24,117 nucleotides of DNA from positions 1-24,117 of the IMG/VR virus record IMGVR_UViG_3300044676_000026; one strand, written 5' to 3'. Position numbers and translations under genes: made by a program. This DNA comes from a virus (taxonomy: Duplodnaviria; Caudoviricetes). Shown here in pieces: positions 1 through 9,682 of this stretch (its first letter is position 1; each line of letters starts with the position of its first letter). The notes under the pieces are model-generated. The model made no database searches and was not told the origin of the DNA. It saw only the letters and a list, made by a program, of their open reading frames with translations.

Positions 1-867
1 AGATGCAGTGGTGTTAGATTCTAAAGCTCTATATCCTACTGCTACGTTATAAGAGCCTGTACTATTTGTATATAAAGCTATACCGCCTATTGCTGTATTG
101 TGAACACCTGTTGTAGTTAAATACATTGATGAGTAACCTACAGCTGTGTTATACGTATCCAGATTAGATACTGGATTTAAAGTGTATAAAGCTGAACTAC
201 CTACAGCAACATTTCTATCACCAACATCATTGGTATATAAAGATTGATAACCTATTGCAGTATTATTGTCACCTGTAGTATTATAATACAAAGATTGATA
301 CCCAACTGCTGTGTTATAAGATGCAGTGGTGTTGTTACCAAGTGCATCAGAACCTACGGCAATATTAAATGTACCAGTAGTATTTAAAGCTAAAGGTTTA
401 TAACCAAGAGCTGTGTTATTAGAAGCGGTAGTGTTAGAATACAATGCCCAACGACCAAGACCAGTATTAGCATTTCCACTTGTATTTGCAACTAAAGCAT
501 ACGCTCCTAATGCTGTATTATTAGCTCCAACAGTATTAACTTTTAATGCTTCAGAACCAACTGCTGTGTTTAATGTACCACTCAAACTTGCATCAGCTAA
601 AGCACTTACACCTAACGCTGTGTTGGTAGATACTGCATTAGCACCTTTACCAACAGTGAGTCCGTTAACTGATAGATCATCAGAAAATGTTTTGTTGCTC
701 AGTGTTTGTGCTGTGCTGACATTGACAATCTCGAATCCACCCGCAGTGCCACCATCATGTAGCAGTAAGGTATCCTTATCGGTATCAGCTGTTATCTCAC
801 CTACAGCCCCAGTAAATGTACTATTTTGTGCTGTAGTACCACGTCTAACTTGTACTTGTGTAGCCAT
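1..867 (-). CDS. Receptor-binding / tail fibre protein with Mtd_N-like N-terminus and ~14-aa repeats (3'-truncated by the window; absent from the ORF track)
   Basis: Manual translation from ATG at 867: MATQVQVRRGTTAQNSTFTGAVGEITADTDKDTLLLHDGGTAGGFEI, resembling the N-terminal domain of BPP-1 Mtd. It continues with NTA(V/L/I)Gxx(A/S)LxxNTTG repeats and stays open to position 1. GGAGG SD at 878-882. Confidence 0.85.
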   Translation of the reverse strand, partial: MATQVQVRRGTTAQNSTFTGAVGEITADTDKDTLLLHDGGTAGGFEIVNVSTAQTLSNKTFSDDLSVNGLTVGKGANAVSTNTALGVSALADASLSGTLNTAVGSEALKVNTVGANNTALGAYALVANTSGNANTGLGRWALYSNTTASNNTALGYKPLALNTTGTFNIAVGSDALGNNTTASYNTAVGYQSLYYNTTGDNNTAIGYQSLYTNDVGDRNVAVGSSALYTLNPVSNLDTYNTAVGYSSMYLTTTGVHNTAIGGIALYTNSTGSYNVAVGYRALESNTTAS

Positions 868-919
868 TATTTAAAATCCTCCAGAATATAATCCAGTATT
901 GTTAAAAAGTTATTCATCA

Positions 920-2452
920 TTATACGCTTCCGTAATCTGTAGAGCTTGATACGGCATCGATAACTGAACCATAATCAAGAATTGCGTCAATTATACCAGC
1001 ATTAATATTAGATGCGACTAAATTAATGTTAGCAATATTTGTAGCATTTGTTGCAATATCACTGACGCTACCAGCTACCGCAGTAATATTTGTGTCATTG
1101 TCTGCCACTGTGTTTACATCGGTCATGTTACTTGCTACTGTCCCAATGTCTGCTGCATCGGCTGCCACCGCAGTGATGTCTGCTGCGATCAAAGCTAAAT
1201 CCGATATAGCATCTGTAAAGACTGTGCCATCTTCAATGTCAGCCAATGTTTGAATGTCTGCTTCAATGCCCGCCACAGTTGTCACATCGGCATTGATGCC
1301 AGCTACTGTAGTTACATTGCTAGAGATTCCAGCAACAGTGGTGACATTACTTGAGACTCCAGCCACAGTAGTGACGTTACCTGATATGCCAGCTACTGTG
1401 CCTATGTCAGTTCCATCAGCTGCTACTGTAGTAACGTCTGCACTAATACCAGACACTGTAATAATATCACTAGCGATTGGACCTAATGCTCCTACCTCTG
1501 TACTTAATCCCGCAACTATACCAATGTCTGTTGCGTCTGCCGCAACTGCTGTTACATCTGAGTTTATTCCGGCAACAGTATTGACGTTAGATATATTAGT
1601 AGCTACTGTATTTACATTAGAAATGTCTGTCGCTACAGTGCCAATATCTGTTGCATCAGCTGCAACTGTTGTCACGTCTGAACTGATACCAGCTACAGTG
1701 GTGACATCAGAATCAATCCCAGCAACAGTGTTAATATTAGTTGCATTGCCAGCCACACTTGTAACGTTAGCTGATATGCCAGCAACAGTGGTGACATCAG
1801 AATCAATCCCAGCAACAGTGGTGACATTACTTGAGACTCCAGCCACAGTAGTGACGTTAGCATTATTACCAGCAACTGTGGTGACATTAGATGCAATGCC
1901 TGAGACTGTTGTCACATCACTTGCAATACCAGCAATGGTAGTGACATCGGTCACTGTGTTAACTACTTCAGGATTACCAGTAGATGCATTGAATGAGAGA
2001 TACTTACCTTTGCGATCATCATCTTTAGGTAATGTCATATCAATAGAGGATGGATCTGTGACTGGTGCTTTAATAGCGCGGTCATTTTCTTCTTTGTTTT
2101 GTTGTGTGAATATGGTTAAGCTATCAAACTCATCATTGAGTGAGGCAGCAAATAACGGTCCACCTGTAGTAAAGTCTGTTGTTCTTTGAATAGTTCTATC
2201 ACCGACAATGGTAATACGATCATCAGCATCTGGTGTAGTAGGCACATTAGTACCCACAACAATAGTTACACTACCTGTACCATCAGCACTAATAGCTACT
2301 GTATAATCAGTAGTTAGTGTTAGCTCTGTATCATTAAAGTATACAGCTAGATCAGTATTTTCTAATATGTTAAACGCATAAGCATACGGGCCAGTGCCTG
2401 CTGAACCAGTATAGACGATACGCCTTGTTGTTGCTGAAATGTCAATTGCCAT
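920..2452 (-). CDS. Tail fibre protein (T7 gp17-like attachment N-domain followed by 10-aa repeat shaft)
   Basis: N-terminus YTGSAGTGPYAYAFNIL...LTLTTDYTV...LNDEFDSLTIFTQQ is typical of podovirus fibre attachment domains. About 25 VTTVAGISSN/D-type repeats follow. GAGG SD upstream. Confidence 0.85.
   Translation of the reverse strand: MAIDISATTRRIVYTGSAGTGPYAYAFNILENTDLAVYFNDTELTLTTDYTVAISADGTGSVTIVVGTNVPTTPDADDRITIVGDRTIQRTTDFTTGGPLFAASLNDEFDSLTIFTQQNKEENDRAIKAPVTDPSSIDMTLPKDDDRKGKYLSFNASTGNPEVVNTVTDVTTIAGIASDVTTVSGIASNVTTVAGNNANVTTVAGVSSNVTTVAGIDSDVTTVAGISANVTSVAGNATNINTVAGIDSDVTTVAGISSDVTTVAADATDIGTVATDISNVNTVATNISNVNTVAGINSDVTAVAADATDIGIVAGLSTEVGALGPIASDIITVSGISADVTTVAADGTDIGTVAGISGNVTTVAGVSSNVTTVAGISSNVTTVAGINADVTTVAGIEADIQTLADIEDGTVFTDAISDLALIAADITAVAADAADIGTVASNMTDVNTVADNDTNITAVAGSVSDIATNATNIANINLVASNINAGIIDAILDYGSVIDAVSSSTDYGSV
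1050..1950 (-). repeat. 30-bp-period coding tandem repeats in the tail fibre gene
   Basis: 10-aa periodicity. Exact DNA duplications: 51 bp at 1329-1379 = 1809-1859 and 36 bp at 1695-1730 = 1785-1820. Confidence 0.9.
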
Positions 2453-2502
2453 AGTTTAATCCTCTTTTAAATGGTAGCATATTTTACTTGTTTTTAATAG
2501 CA

Positions 2503-5034
2503 TTAATTGAATGGATCTGTACGAGGACTTTCTTCTCCGGGCATCCACCAGTATTCCTTTCCTTCCTTAGCATCACGTCTAATTCCTTTTTGTAACTGCT
2601 TCATATAAGTAGGGTCATTCCATAACAATACTCTTTCCCATACCATTCTGCGTAGCATAAGGTTTAGCATCCAATTACTTTGGTAAGGTGTATTCCTAAT
2701 TACTTCTTTCATAATTCTAGTTCCAGCTTTTGCTGGCTCTTGATCATAGAAAGCTTCTTTAGCGGACCCAAATAAAGCATAAGTAAGTTGATCTAATGAG
2801 CTAATCACTGGACCTGATGTATAGCCTGATAGTCCTTGTCTGTAATCTCCAAGTCCAACAGCTACGTCAAATAGTGGACCAAACCCTCCTGACCTAACTA
2901 TTGCATTACCCCAAAATCTTCTTGCTTCTTCAGGGTCTTCAAATGGGTCAAACTCCATAGGCGTACGTCCTCTGGTAATTTCCTGTAACTGCACGCCTAA
3001 AGCTCCCATTAAAGTCATATATATTACTGTGTCAGCTATAGCTTTAGTTTTTGCAAAGGGAGTTCCTAACTCACCTGCTTCTCTCCATGCACGTTCAAGA
3101 TGATTGTGATAAAACGCCATAGGCCAAGATTTAAACATAGCAAACGATCTAGTAATTTCTCCTGCTATGGTCCCCGGTTGTGTAGTGCCTGCTAATACAG
3201 CACGCTCTCTATAGTTCACTGTTGGAACGCCTACTTCAATCTCACCAAAAATCATTTGCATATATTTATCTGAAATTTTTCTAGCTTCCCCAGTTTTTAG
3301 TCCGGGCAACCGAGCAATATCTTCACCTCTTAAATAGGTAACATCACGACCAGAATAGTTCTTTACAAATGCTTTAGCTTTTCTTATTTTATTCCACTCG
3401 TCACCAGTAATGCTATAACGGCCTAATGCTACTTTCATTTGTCTAGATAATTGGTCAAAAGATTTAGTTTGTACATCTGCCCACCCAGACATTAAAAACA
3501 TACCTGACATGTTTCGTCCTGATGCAGTAATGTGAGTTAAGCCATTCATCCTTAAAGACGAATCAACAACAAACTGAAAGAATGGACTTGCATTATCTTC
3601 ATGCAAATATCGTGCTAGTGCAGCAGAGGTTCCATCCATCATATGCTCGTTCATTAATCCAAGCTCCGCAGCTACTTGTTCTCTTTCTCCCGGATTTAGT
3701 TTAAATATTTCTTTAGCATAATTGTTAATAGCTTTCATCTGACTCATACCATTGTATTTAGCCATTTTACGTACGGTCATCATATCAGTTGGTGCAGCAA
3801 TAAGTGTAGTAGAACCTAGCCTTGTAGCCATAATCAATGCATTATAGTTACGCATAATTTTACTAAATGTAGGTCTTACTGATTCAGGAAGCCCTTTGTG
3901 CAGCTTCCACATATCATCAAATACTGCGGCTGCTTTGTTTGCTTTTAATATATTTTTTGTTTTGCCTGTTCCTTTGTCCTTCTGGTCAGCTATTTGTTTT
4001 ATTCTTAACTTTAAAAAATCTACTGTAGACTCTGGATCAGCACCTAAAACCTGTAAGGATGAAATGTCTTTAGACATAGTTCTTAAATGGTTAAGCATAA
4101 TATCGTATATATTAGAATCACTAAATTCAGCTTGATAAGCAATCCATGCTTCACCGCTTTTAAATTGTAATACTCTATTTTCTTTGTGACGTTTAGCAAT
4201 AGAGGCTCCTGTGCCAAACCTATCAGCAGTAAGCCCGTCTAATTTATTTCTTCCTTCCTCTGTAATACTTTTATAAACAGACTCTAATACTTTATCTAAC
4301 TCCTCATCTGTTAATGGAATGCCTGTTCCTTTGTCAACCATAGCTTCACGATCTAGTAATGACTTAGTAGCCTTACTCCATTTGTCATAACCTGCTGCAA
4401 TAATTCTTCCAGCATGATGATGTTGTGGTAGATAGCCACCAGCTTTTGCAACAGGAATAGCCCCTCCGGACTGATTAAACAACAACCTTGCATGTTCTGA
4501 GGCATCGGTATATGCCAATGATAATTGTTTTGCTTTTGCGCTTCCTGTAACCCCGGGTTCAAATATTTCTTTAACTACTAAATTAAGCATATCGTGCTTT
4601 TCTTTTTGTCCGGGAATAATCTTTCTTGTTGCATCTGTACCAGCTCTTGACCCTGTTAAACCACCCTTTCTAAATGTATAAAAGAATTGATCTAATGGCG
4701 CTTTAATCTGGCTCATAACTACTTTCTCTTGTTGAGCAAGTCTTATATTGCCTACATCTATTAATGCCTTGTATGGATCTTTAGCATTTTCTAGAAAGTC
4801 ATTTAACTCTAACTTAGCCATCATAGTTTGCAGTTTAATACGTTTGTTTTGGAGTATATTACCTTCCATAATTACTAATGTTTCTTTAGATGCTTTATCA
4901 ATAGCAGAAGCTCTATCTTGTATAAGATTATCTGTTTCTTTGTAATATTGATTAAATAGGTCTATAGCGTCATCAGAAAACTTCTTACTAACTTCGTCTC
5001 CAGCATTGGCTAAACATGTTCTTATATCACTCAT
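2503..5034 (-). CDS. Large internal virion (ejection) protein
   Basis: 843 aa, largely helical, with a YLPQHH motif and hydrophobic C-terminal segments. Last of the internal virion genes before the tail fibre. TAATG overlap with the upstream gene. Confidence 0.7.
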   Translation of the reverse strand: MSDIRTCLANAGDEVSKKFSDDAIDLFNQYYKETDNLIQDRASAIDKASKETLVIMEGNILQNKRIKLQTMMAKLELNDFLENAKDPYKALIDVGNIRLAQQEKVVMSQIKAPLDQFFYTFRKGGLTGSRAGTDATRKIIPGQKEKHDMLNLVVKEIFEPGVTGSAKAKQLSLAYTDASEHARLLFNQSGGAIPVAKAGGYLPQHHHAGRIIAAGYDKWSKATKSLLDREAMVDKGTGIPLTDEELDKVLESVYKSITEEGRNKLDGLTADRFGTGASIAKRHKENRVLQFKSGEAWIAYQAEFSDSNIYDIMLNHLRTMSKDISSLQVLGADPESTVDFLKLRIKQIADQKDKGTGKTKNILKANKAAAVFDDMWKLHKGLPESVRPTFSKIMRNYNALIMATRLGSTTLIAAPTDMMTVRKMAKYNGMSQMKAINNYAKEIFKLNPGEREQVAAELGLMNEHMMDGTSAALARYLHEDNASPFFQFVVDSSLRMNGLTHITASGRNMSGMFLMSGWADVQTKSFDQLSRQMKVALGRYSITGDEWNKIRKAKAFVKNYSGRDVTYLRGEDIARLPGLKTGEARKISDKYMQMIFGEIEVGVPTVNYRERAVLAGTTQPGTIAGEITRSFAMFKSWPMAFYHNHLERAWREAGELGTPFAKTKAIADTVIYMTLMGALGVQLQEITRGRTPMEFDPFEDPEEARRFWGNAIVRSGGFGPLFDVAVGLGDYRQGLSGYTSGPVISSLDQLTYALFGSAKEAFYDQEPAKAGTRIMKEVIRNTPYQSNWMLNLMLRRMVWERVLLWNDPTYMKQLQKGIRRDAKEGKEYWWMPGEESPRTDPFN

Positions 5035-7334
5035 TAAGATTTCCTACATGCATTAATAAAGTCAAGCTCATTTACATCACCTTTTGCAATATCATCTAAA
5101 GCCTGTTTTAGTGTTATCCCATTTCCCTGCGCATCAAAATCTATAACTCTATTTGCTAATTTAGGGTCTATATCAGCTCTTCCATTTAATATGTTGTTAG
5201 CTGTTTGTACATCAAGGTTTATTTGTTTTGCAACTAATCCTTCACTATAAGCTATGAGCTCTTTGTTTCGTTTCTTAAAATCTTCTGAGACTCGATTAAT
5301 TTGCGCTGAAGCATTGCTTTCAGCGAGCTGACCATTGTAGTAGAGGCCATCATAGCGGCCTTCGTCAACTGCTGTTCTGATATCGTTAAGGGCGTTTCCG
5401 ACTGCTTCATCTGTTTTGCCTCCGCTGTTAATTGCTTGCGCTGCTTTTGTAATTTGTCCGTAGAGTTCACTTTCTTTATTGCCATATTCTTCGATGATTT
5501 GTATCGCTTTGCCATTTTGTTCTCTCCTAGTTTTACTTGCTTTGTCTTTTTTGTTTTTAAGGGTGATGTTTTCTTTCCTCAATCTAGCTAGTACACCATC
5601 AATAATCTGTTTTCTTTCATTTTCTACAAACAATGATTTAATGCTTTGTTCAGCATTAGCCATATCATATTCTTTTAATGAGCCATCTTCTATAGAATCA
5701 AGAATAATCTTAGTAACAGACTCATCATCAGTAACATTTGCTTTTTTAATTTTATCTATAACTGCTAGTTGTTCTATTGGGTCATCTAAATACTGCCCTA
5801 CTAATATACCTATGTTTGGATCTACTATATCCCTATCCATAGCGACTATAATTCTTGGTCCTAGCCTAGCTAAATTTTTAGTTTGCTTTATTAGTGGATC
5901 AAATATAGCTAATGCTTCTACCATTTCAGGATATTTTGCAAGTATGTCCATATCATATGGCTTTATAGTTCCGTCATAGTAATTTCTTATACGTCCCATC
6001 ATATCAGCCATTTCTTTAGTAAAGCCTTCAGTCTCTCTAATTACTCGCCCATATATTTTCTTTTGACCAGCTTTAGCAGCAGCTTTCACTCTTTGGTTCC
6101 CATCAATAATAGTTCTATTGCCAGCAGCATCTTCATAAACTAATATCTGTCCTTGCTGAACTTCATCAACAACCTCTCCAGTTACTTTAGTTTTAGGGTC
6201 TAAGTCTTTTACTTCAAACTCATCTACTAAGCCTTGTTTTTCCAAAGTATATATATCATCAACATCTATCTGTGTTGTTATTGGTCTTAGCGCATTTTCA
6301 TCATTACGCATTACAGCACTAATAGTTTCTTTTACTTTTTTGTTGTGTTTAGTATTGCTAACATCATTTTCTATATAGTTTTCTTTGTTAGTAATTTCAT
6401 CCATAGACTCTTTATTGTTAATCTGTTCTAGAGTCTTGTCATCAAACCATTGTTTACCTTCATTTTCTCTTGTTACTTCTTTTATAATTTCAATAAACTC
6501 TAGTTCTTCTTTTGGCGCTAATGCTCTTCCAGCTCTATCTTTAATTTTTGCAATCATTGATCTAACTGGGATGTTTGTTAAGCTGACTAATCCAGCAGTA
6601 CCTGCTGTTATAAGTCCAGCGTCTTTAATAAACTCTTCTGCTGTATATGGGCTTCCAGTTACTTTCTCGGTCCATGCGTTTACAGACGGGTAGTCTAATA
6701 CTTCTACACCCACATTAATTCCAGAAGCTTGTGCAATCTTAGTAAGCAAATTTGCTTTACCACTAATACCAATAAATAAAGAAGCTATATCAGATGGATC
6801 TGTCATAAATGACATCATGCTTCCAGAGAAATCCCCTAACACTCCTGTAGCCGCTTGTTTGTTTGCTGTATTATTATATTGCTCTTGATATGCTTGTGAT
6901 CTTTCTACCATACCTAGTTGTATAGAATCGTAAGCACTTTGCCTACTTGACATGTCATAACCTAAAGCTTCAAACTTTTGCTTTGCTTCTTCATTTGTAC
7001 TAGCTAAGTCGTACAACCTAGATATTGGCAATGGTATTACTTCTCCATTTACTGATAATTCTCTTTGTGGGGCTACGTATTGACCTTTGCCATAATTTAT
7101 ATCACCTTGCCACATAGTATATGAGTTGTCATCAAACCCTAAAGATTCTTTAGCAATACTATGTAATGCTTCAGTTTCCTCGTTCATCATATCTGTTCGA
7201 CTTCCAGAGTTTTGCAATGATTTAGTTGCATTATATGATGCTGCAAAGTTTTCTAAGAACCCAGTATATTCTCCCGGCTCTACTGATGGAGCAAGTAATT
7301 GCTCTGTTATGTCTGTTTTAGTAGATAAACGCAC
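5034..7334 (-). CDS. Internal virion protein with a ParB/Srx-like domain
   Basis: 766 aa with a GTG start overlapping the upstream TAG. Segment GQILVYEDAAGNRTIIDGNQRVKAAAKAGQKKIYGRVI matches the ParB/Srx N-terminal fold motif (IxDGxxR). Confidence 0.7.
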   Translation of the reverse strand: MRLSTKTDITEQLLAPSVEPGEYTGFLENFAASYNATKSLQNSGSRTDMMNEETEALHSIAKESLGFDDNSYTMWQGDINYGKGQYVAPQRELSVNGEVIPLPISRLYDLASTNEEAKQKFEALGYDMSSRQSAYDSIQLGMVERSQAYQEQYNNTANKQAATGVLGDFSGSMMSFMTDPSDIASLFIGISGKANLLTKIAQASGINVGVEVLDYPSVNAWTEKVTGSPYTAEEFIKDAGLITAGTAGLVSLTNIPVRSMIAKIKDRAGRALAPKEELEFIEIIKEVTRENEGKQWFDDKTLEQINNKESMDEITNKENYIENDVSNTKHNKKVKETISAVMRNDENALRPITTQIDVDDIYTLEKQGLVDEFEVKDLDPKTKVTGEVVDEVQQGQILVYEDAAGNRTIIDGNQRVKAAAKAGQKKIYGRVIRETEGFTKEMADMMGRIRNYYDGTIKPYDMDILAKYPEMVEALAIFDPLIKQTKNLARLGPRIIVAMDRDIVDPNIGILVGQYLDDPIEQLAVIDKIKKANVTDDESVTKIILDSIEDGSLKEYDMANAEQSIKSLFVENERKQIIDGVLARLRKENITLKNKKDKASKTRREQNGKAIQIIEEYGNKESELYGQITKAAQAINSGGKTDEAVGNALNDIRTAVDEGRYDGLYYNGQLAESNASAQINRVSEDFKKRNKELIAYSEGLVAKQINLDVQTANNILNGRADIDPKLANRVIDFDAQGNGITLKQALDDIAKGDVNELDFINACRKS
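5252..5515 (-). CDS. Putative nested out-of-frame (+1) small basic protein, 87 aa
   Basis: AGGAGAGAACAAA-ATG start context. The host frame shifts to C-ending codons over this interval. Confidence 0.5.
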   Translation of the reverse strand: MAKRYKSSKNMAIKKVNSTDKLQKQRKQLTAEAKQMKQSETPLTISEQQLTKAAMMASTTMVSSLKAMLQRKLIESQKILRNETKSS

Positions 7335-9682
7335 TATTTTTTACCTGATTTTTTAGGAGTTTTTTTACTTGTTCCTTGACTTCTAGCTTTTTGTTCCGTT
7401 TTTCTTTGTAGTTTGCTTGAGCTTCCCGGAGCTACATAAAAATCAACAATACCTAATTTTTTCTGGTTATTATAAGTATCTTGCATTAATGCTAAATCAA
7501 TCATAATTGGATTTCCGTTAATGTCTTTAAAGACACCATCTTCTCCAACTAGCATATAATTGTCATCTACTCTCATCAAACTTGCATCTTGCAAATCTTC
7601 AATATTATATGACTTTATTTCCCCTGTTCTACTATCTAATCCTTCTATTGTTGATCCTGTTTGGTCTGGGTTGTTTATAACAGCAGCAGCAAAAGATTGT
7701 ATAGGTGATTTTTCTATAATATCAGGAACATCATCTGTTTTAAACTCATCTCCTATCATAACTAAACTATTGCCTATTTGAGCAACACCACCATACTTAT
7801 TTCCATCAGCACCTATGTATCCTCCTGATGATGCCCATATAGCTTCTTCCATTAAATCTTCATCTATAATGCTAGTATCTTGCCCCTGAGGCAATGCACC
7901 AATATAATAAGCTTCAGCAGATGCAACAATTCTTTTAGCATCTTCAAAATTACCCATACTAGATTGTAAAAATGAAGAGCGAGATTGACTTGCATTAACT
8001 TGTGCTGCAGGTAGTTTTATTCCAGACTCAATTAATCTTTGCCCTTTTAATGTTGTAGTTGCTGTTGTAACGGTCCCGTTAGGATTATCTACCAATAAAT
8101 AACCTACATTAGCAAATATAGGGTCTTTCGGCGCTATTTGTTTAAATACAGCAAAAGCATTAGGCCCAAAAGTATTGACAATATCTGTAGCTAATGCAGC
8201 TTTAGTTCCGTCGTTTAAAGCATCTGGAGATGATAATTTAGATACAATATTATCTACTTGTATTTGTGTCAGTATATTTCCATTAGGAATATAATCGGGC
8301 GATGCAATCATAGTGTCAACTTGGTCTTTAAATCCTGTAAGTGCTATTGCTTGTGATTCTGCATCATACAAAACTTCACCCGGAACACCTTTAGTCTTTC
8401 TAAGTGTATAAGATACTGAGTCTTGCTCAAATGCTTTCTTTGCTTTCTTATAATAAGTTTCTGCTTGCTCTAAAATAAACTCTGGAGAATCTTCTGATGC
8501 TCTAATCCTTTCAACTTCTCTTTGCATTTCATCTAATGATTTTGTTTGCATATTAGTTGCTACTGTTCTGGTAGCCTCTAATCTAGCAATATATGTTTCA
8601 GCAGATACTTTTGCAGACCCAGTTAGATTTGCGGCTTGTGATTTTAAATTAACTATATCATCGTCATACCTTGTAGGCTCTTGATTATCTAATAACTTAT
8701 TTGTAAGGTCTTTAACTCTATTATCTATTGATGTAAGTTGCTTGCTAGTTTCGGCATCAATTTTTGTAAATTCTTGAGTAATATCTGTTTCTAAAGCACT
8801 TTTTTGTGTTGCCCTTAACTGATTCCATACAACAGTATACTTTCCTAACTCATTTTTTCTTATAGCTTCCATTGCTTCTTCAGAAGAGCCAAACTCTTTA
8901 GTAACTTCTACAGCAATATGTCTATATAAGCCTTCACTAAATTCTTTTTCAATTTGTGCTTTATATGTTGCTTGTTTACTGCTATTAGAAAATAATTCTT
9001 GAGCATTTTCCATATCAGTTTTGTATTTGAGAAATAGCGCAGCAGGGTCAAGGTTTTCTTGTAACTCTAATTGAAATTGTTTTAACATGCCTTGGTAGTT
9101 AACTTCTGCTATAACATCCTGTCTTTCTTGCTCTTTAGTTCTTAACTCGCCAAGAGATTTTCTATAGTAAGCTCCACCATTATTTACAGTTTGAGCGTAG
9201 AAACGATTAGCTTCTTCCGGGTCTATTTGAGCTATAACATTTTGCCATGCTTTTAAAGGACTATTTAATGCGTCTTCTATCTGATTGGAGTCTGATAATT
9301 CACCAGCTTCAACACGAGCTAATATATTGTCAAAGTGTTTGTAAGCTTGGCTATTAAGTTCAGTAGAAGCTTGTTGTGCATATAATTTATTAACAGCGTC
9401 ATTCCATACCATACCACCATTCAAAGCTTGCTCAATAGGATTAACACCACTAGACTTAGCAGCTTCTAATTGCTCCATAGTTAATGGATTGGCTACTGTA
9501 TATTCTGCTGCTTGTTTTAATACTTGTCTTTCTGCTTGACTTTGTGCAAATTTAGTAATGACATCTAAACTACCTTGTATACTTTTTGACCGACTTATTT
9601 GCTCTCCATATTGTGGAGTTTGTAGATCTGGTAAATCAGCAATTAAAGGCGCACGTCTTTCGTATTGCGGTAATTTAGCCAT
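7334..9682 (-). CDS. Internal virion (ejection) protein, T7 gp15-like position
   Basis: 782 aa, helical, MAKLPQYERR start typical of this gene class, and gene order. Confidence 0.65.
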   Translation of the reverse strand: MAKLPQYERRAPLIADLPDLQTPQYGEQISRSKSIQGSLDVITKFAQSQAERQVLKQAAEYTVANPLTMEQLEAAKSSGVNPIEQALNGGMVWNDAVNKLYAQQASTELNSQAYKHFDNILARVEAGELSDSNQIEDALNSPLKAWQNVIAQIDPEEANRFYAQTVNNGGAYYRKSLGELRTKEQERQDVIAEVNYQGMLKQFQLELQENLDPAALFLKYKTDMENAQELFSNSSKQATYKAQIEKEFSEGLYRHIAVEVTKEFGSSEEAMEAIRKNELGKYTVVWNQLRATQKSALETDITQEFTKIDAETSKQLTSIDNRVKDLTNKLLDNQEPTRYDDDIVNLKSQAANLTGSAKVSAETYIARLEATRTVATNMQTKSLDEMQREVERIRASEDSPEFILEQAETYYKKAKKAFEQDSVSYTLRKTKGVPGEVLYDAESQAIALTGFKDQVDTMIASPDYIPNGNILTQIQVDNIVSKLSSPDALNDGTKAALATDIVNTFGPNAFAVFKQIAPKDPIFANVGYLLVDNPNGTVTTATTTLKGQRLIESGIKLPAAQVNASQSRSSFLQSSMGNFEDAKRIVASAEAYYIGALPQGQDTSIIDEDLMEEAIWASSGGYIGADGNKYGGVAQIGNSLVMIGDEFKTDDVPDIIEKSPIQSFAAAVINNPDQTGSTIEGLDSRTGEIKSYNIEDLQDASLMRVDDNYMLVGEDGVFKDINGNPIMIDLALMQDTYNNQKKLGIVDFYVAPGSSSKLQRKTEQKARSQGTSKKTPKKSGKK

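Noticed and set aside
1-867. Diversity-generating retroelement suggested by Mtd similarity
   Set aside because: No reverse transcriptase, avd or TR/VR pair in this window, and only the N-terminal Mtd domain is similar. The gene's 3' end lies outside the window, so this is not excluded genome-wide.
413-874. 153-aa plus-strand ORF
   Set aside because: Antisense shadow of the Mtd_N fibre gene, which has the SD and recognisable domains.
1050-1950. Possible CRISPR array
   Set aside because: The repeats are contiguous in-frame coding units with no unique spacers.
1026-2189. Plus-strand 75-aa and 311-aa repetitive ORFs (PATVVT repeats)
   Set aside because: Mirror of the tail-fibre repeat codons, with no SD or promoter.
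5479-5979. 166-aa plus-strand ORF, and the other antisense ORFs in the track such as 6385-6693, 18656-18943 and 21344-21793
   Set aside because: Ser/Leu/Ile/Phe-rich antisense shadows of well-supported minus-strand genes.
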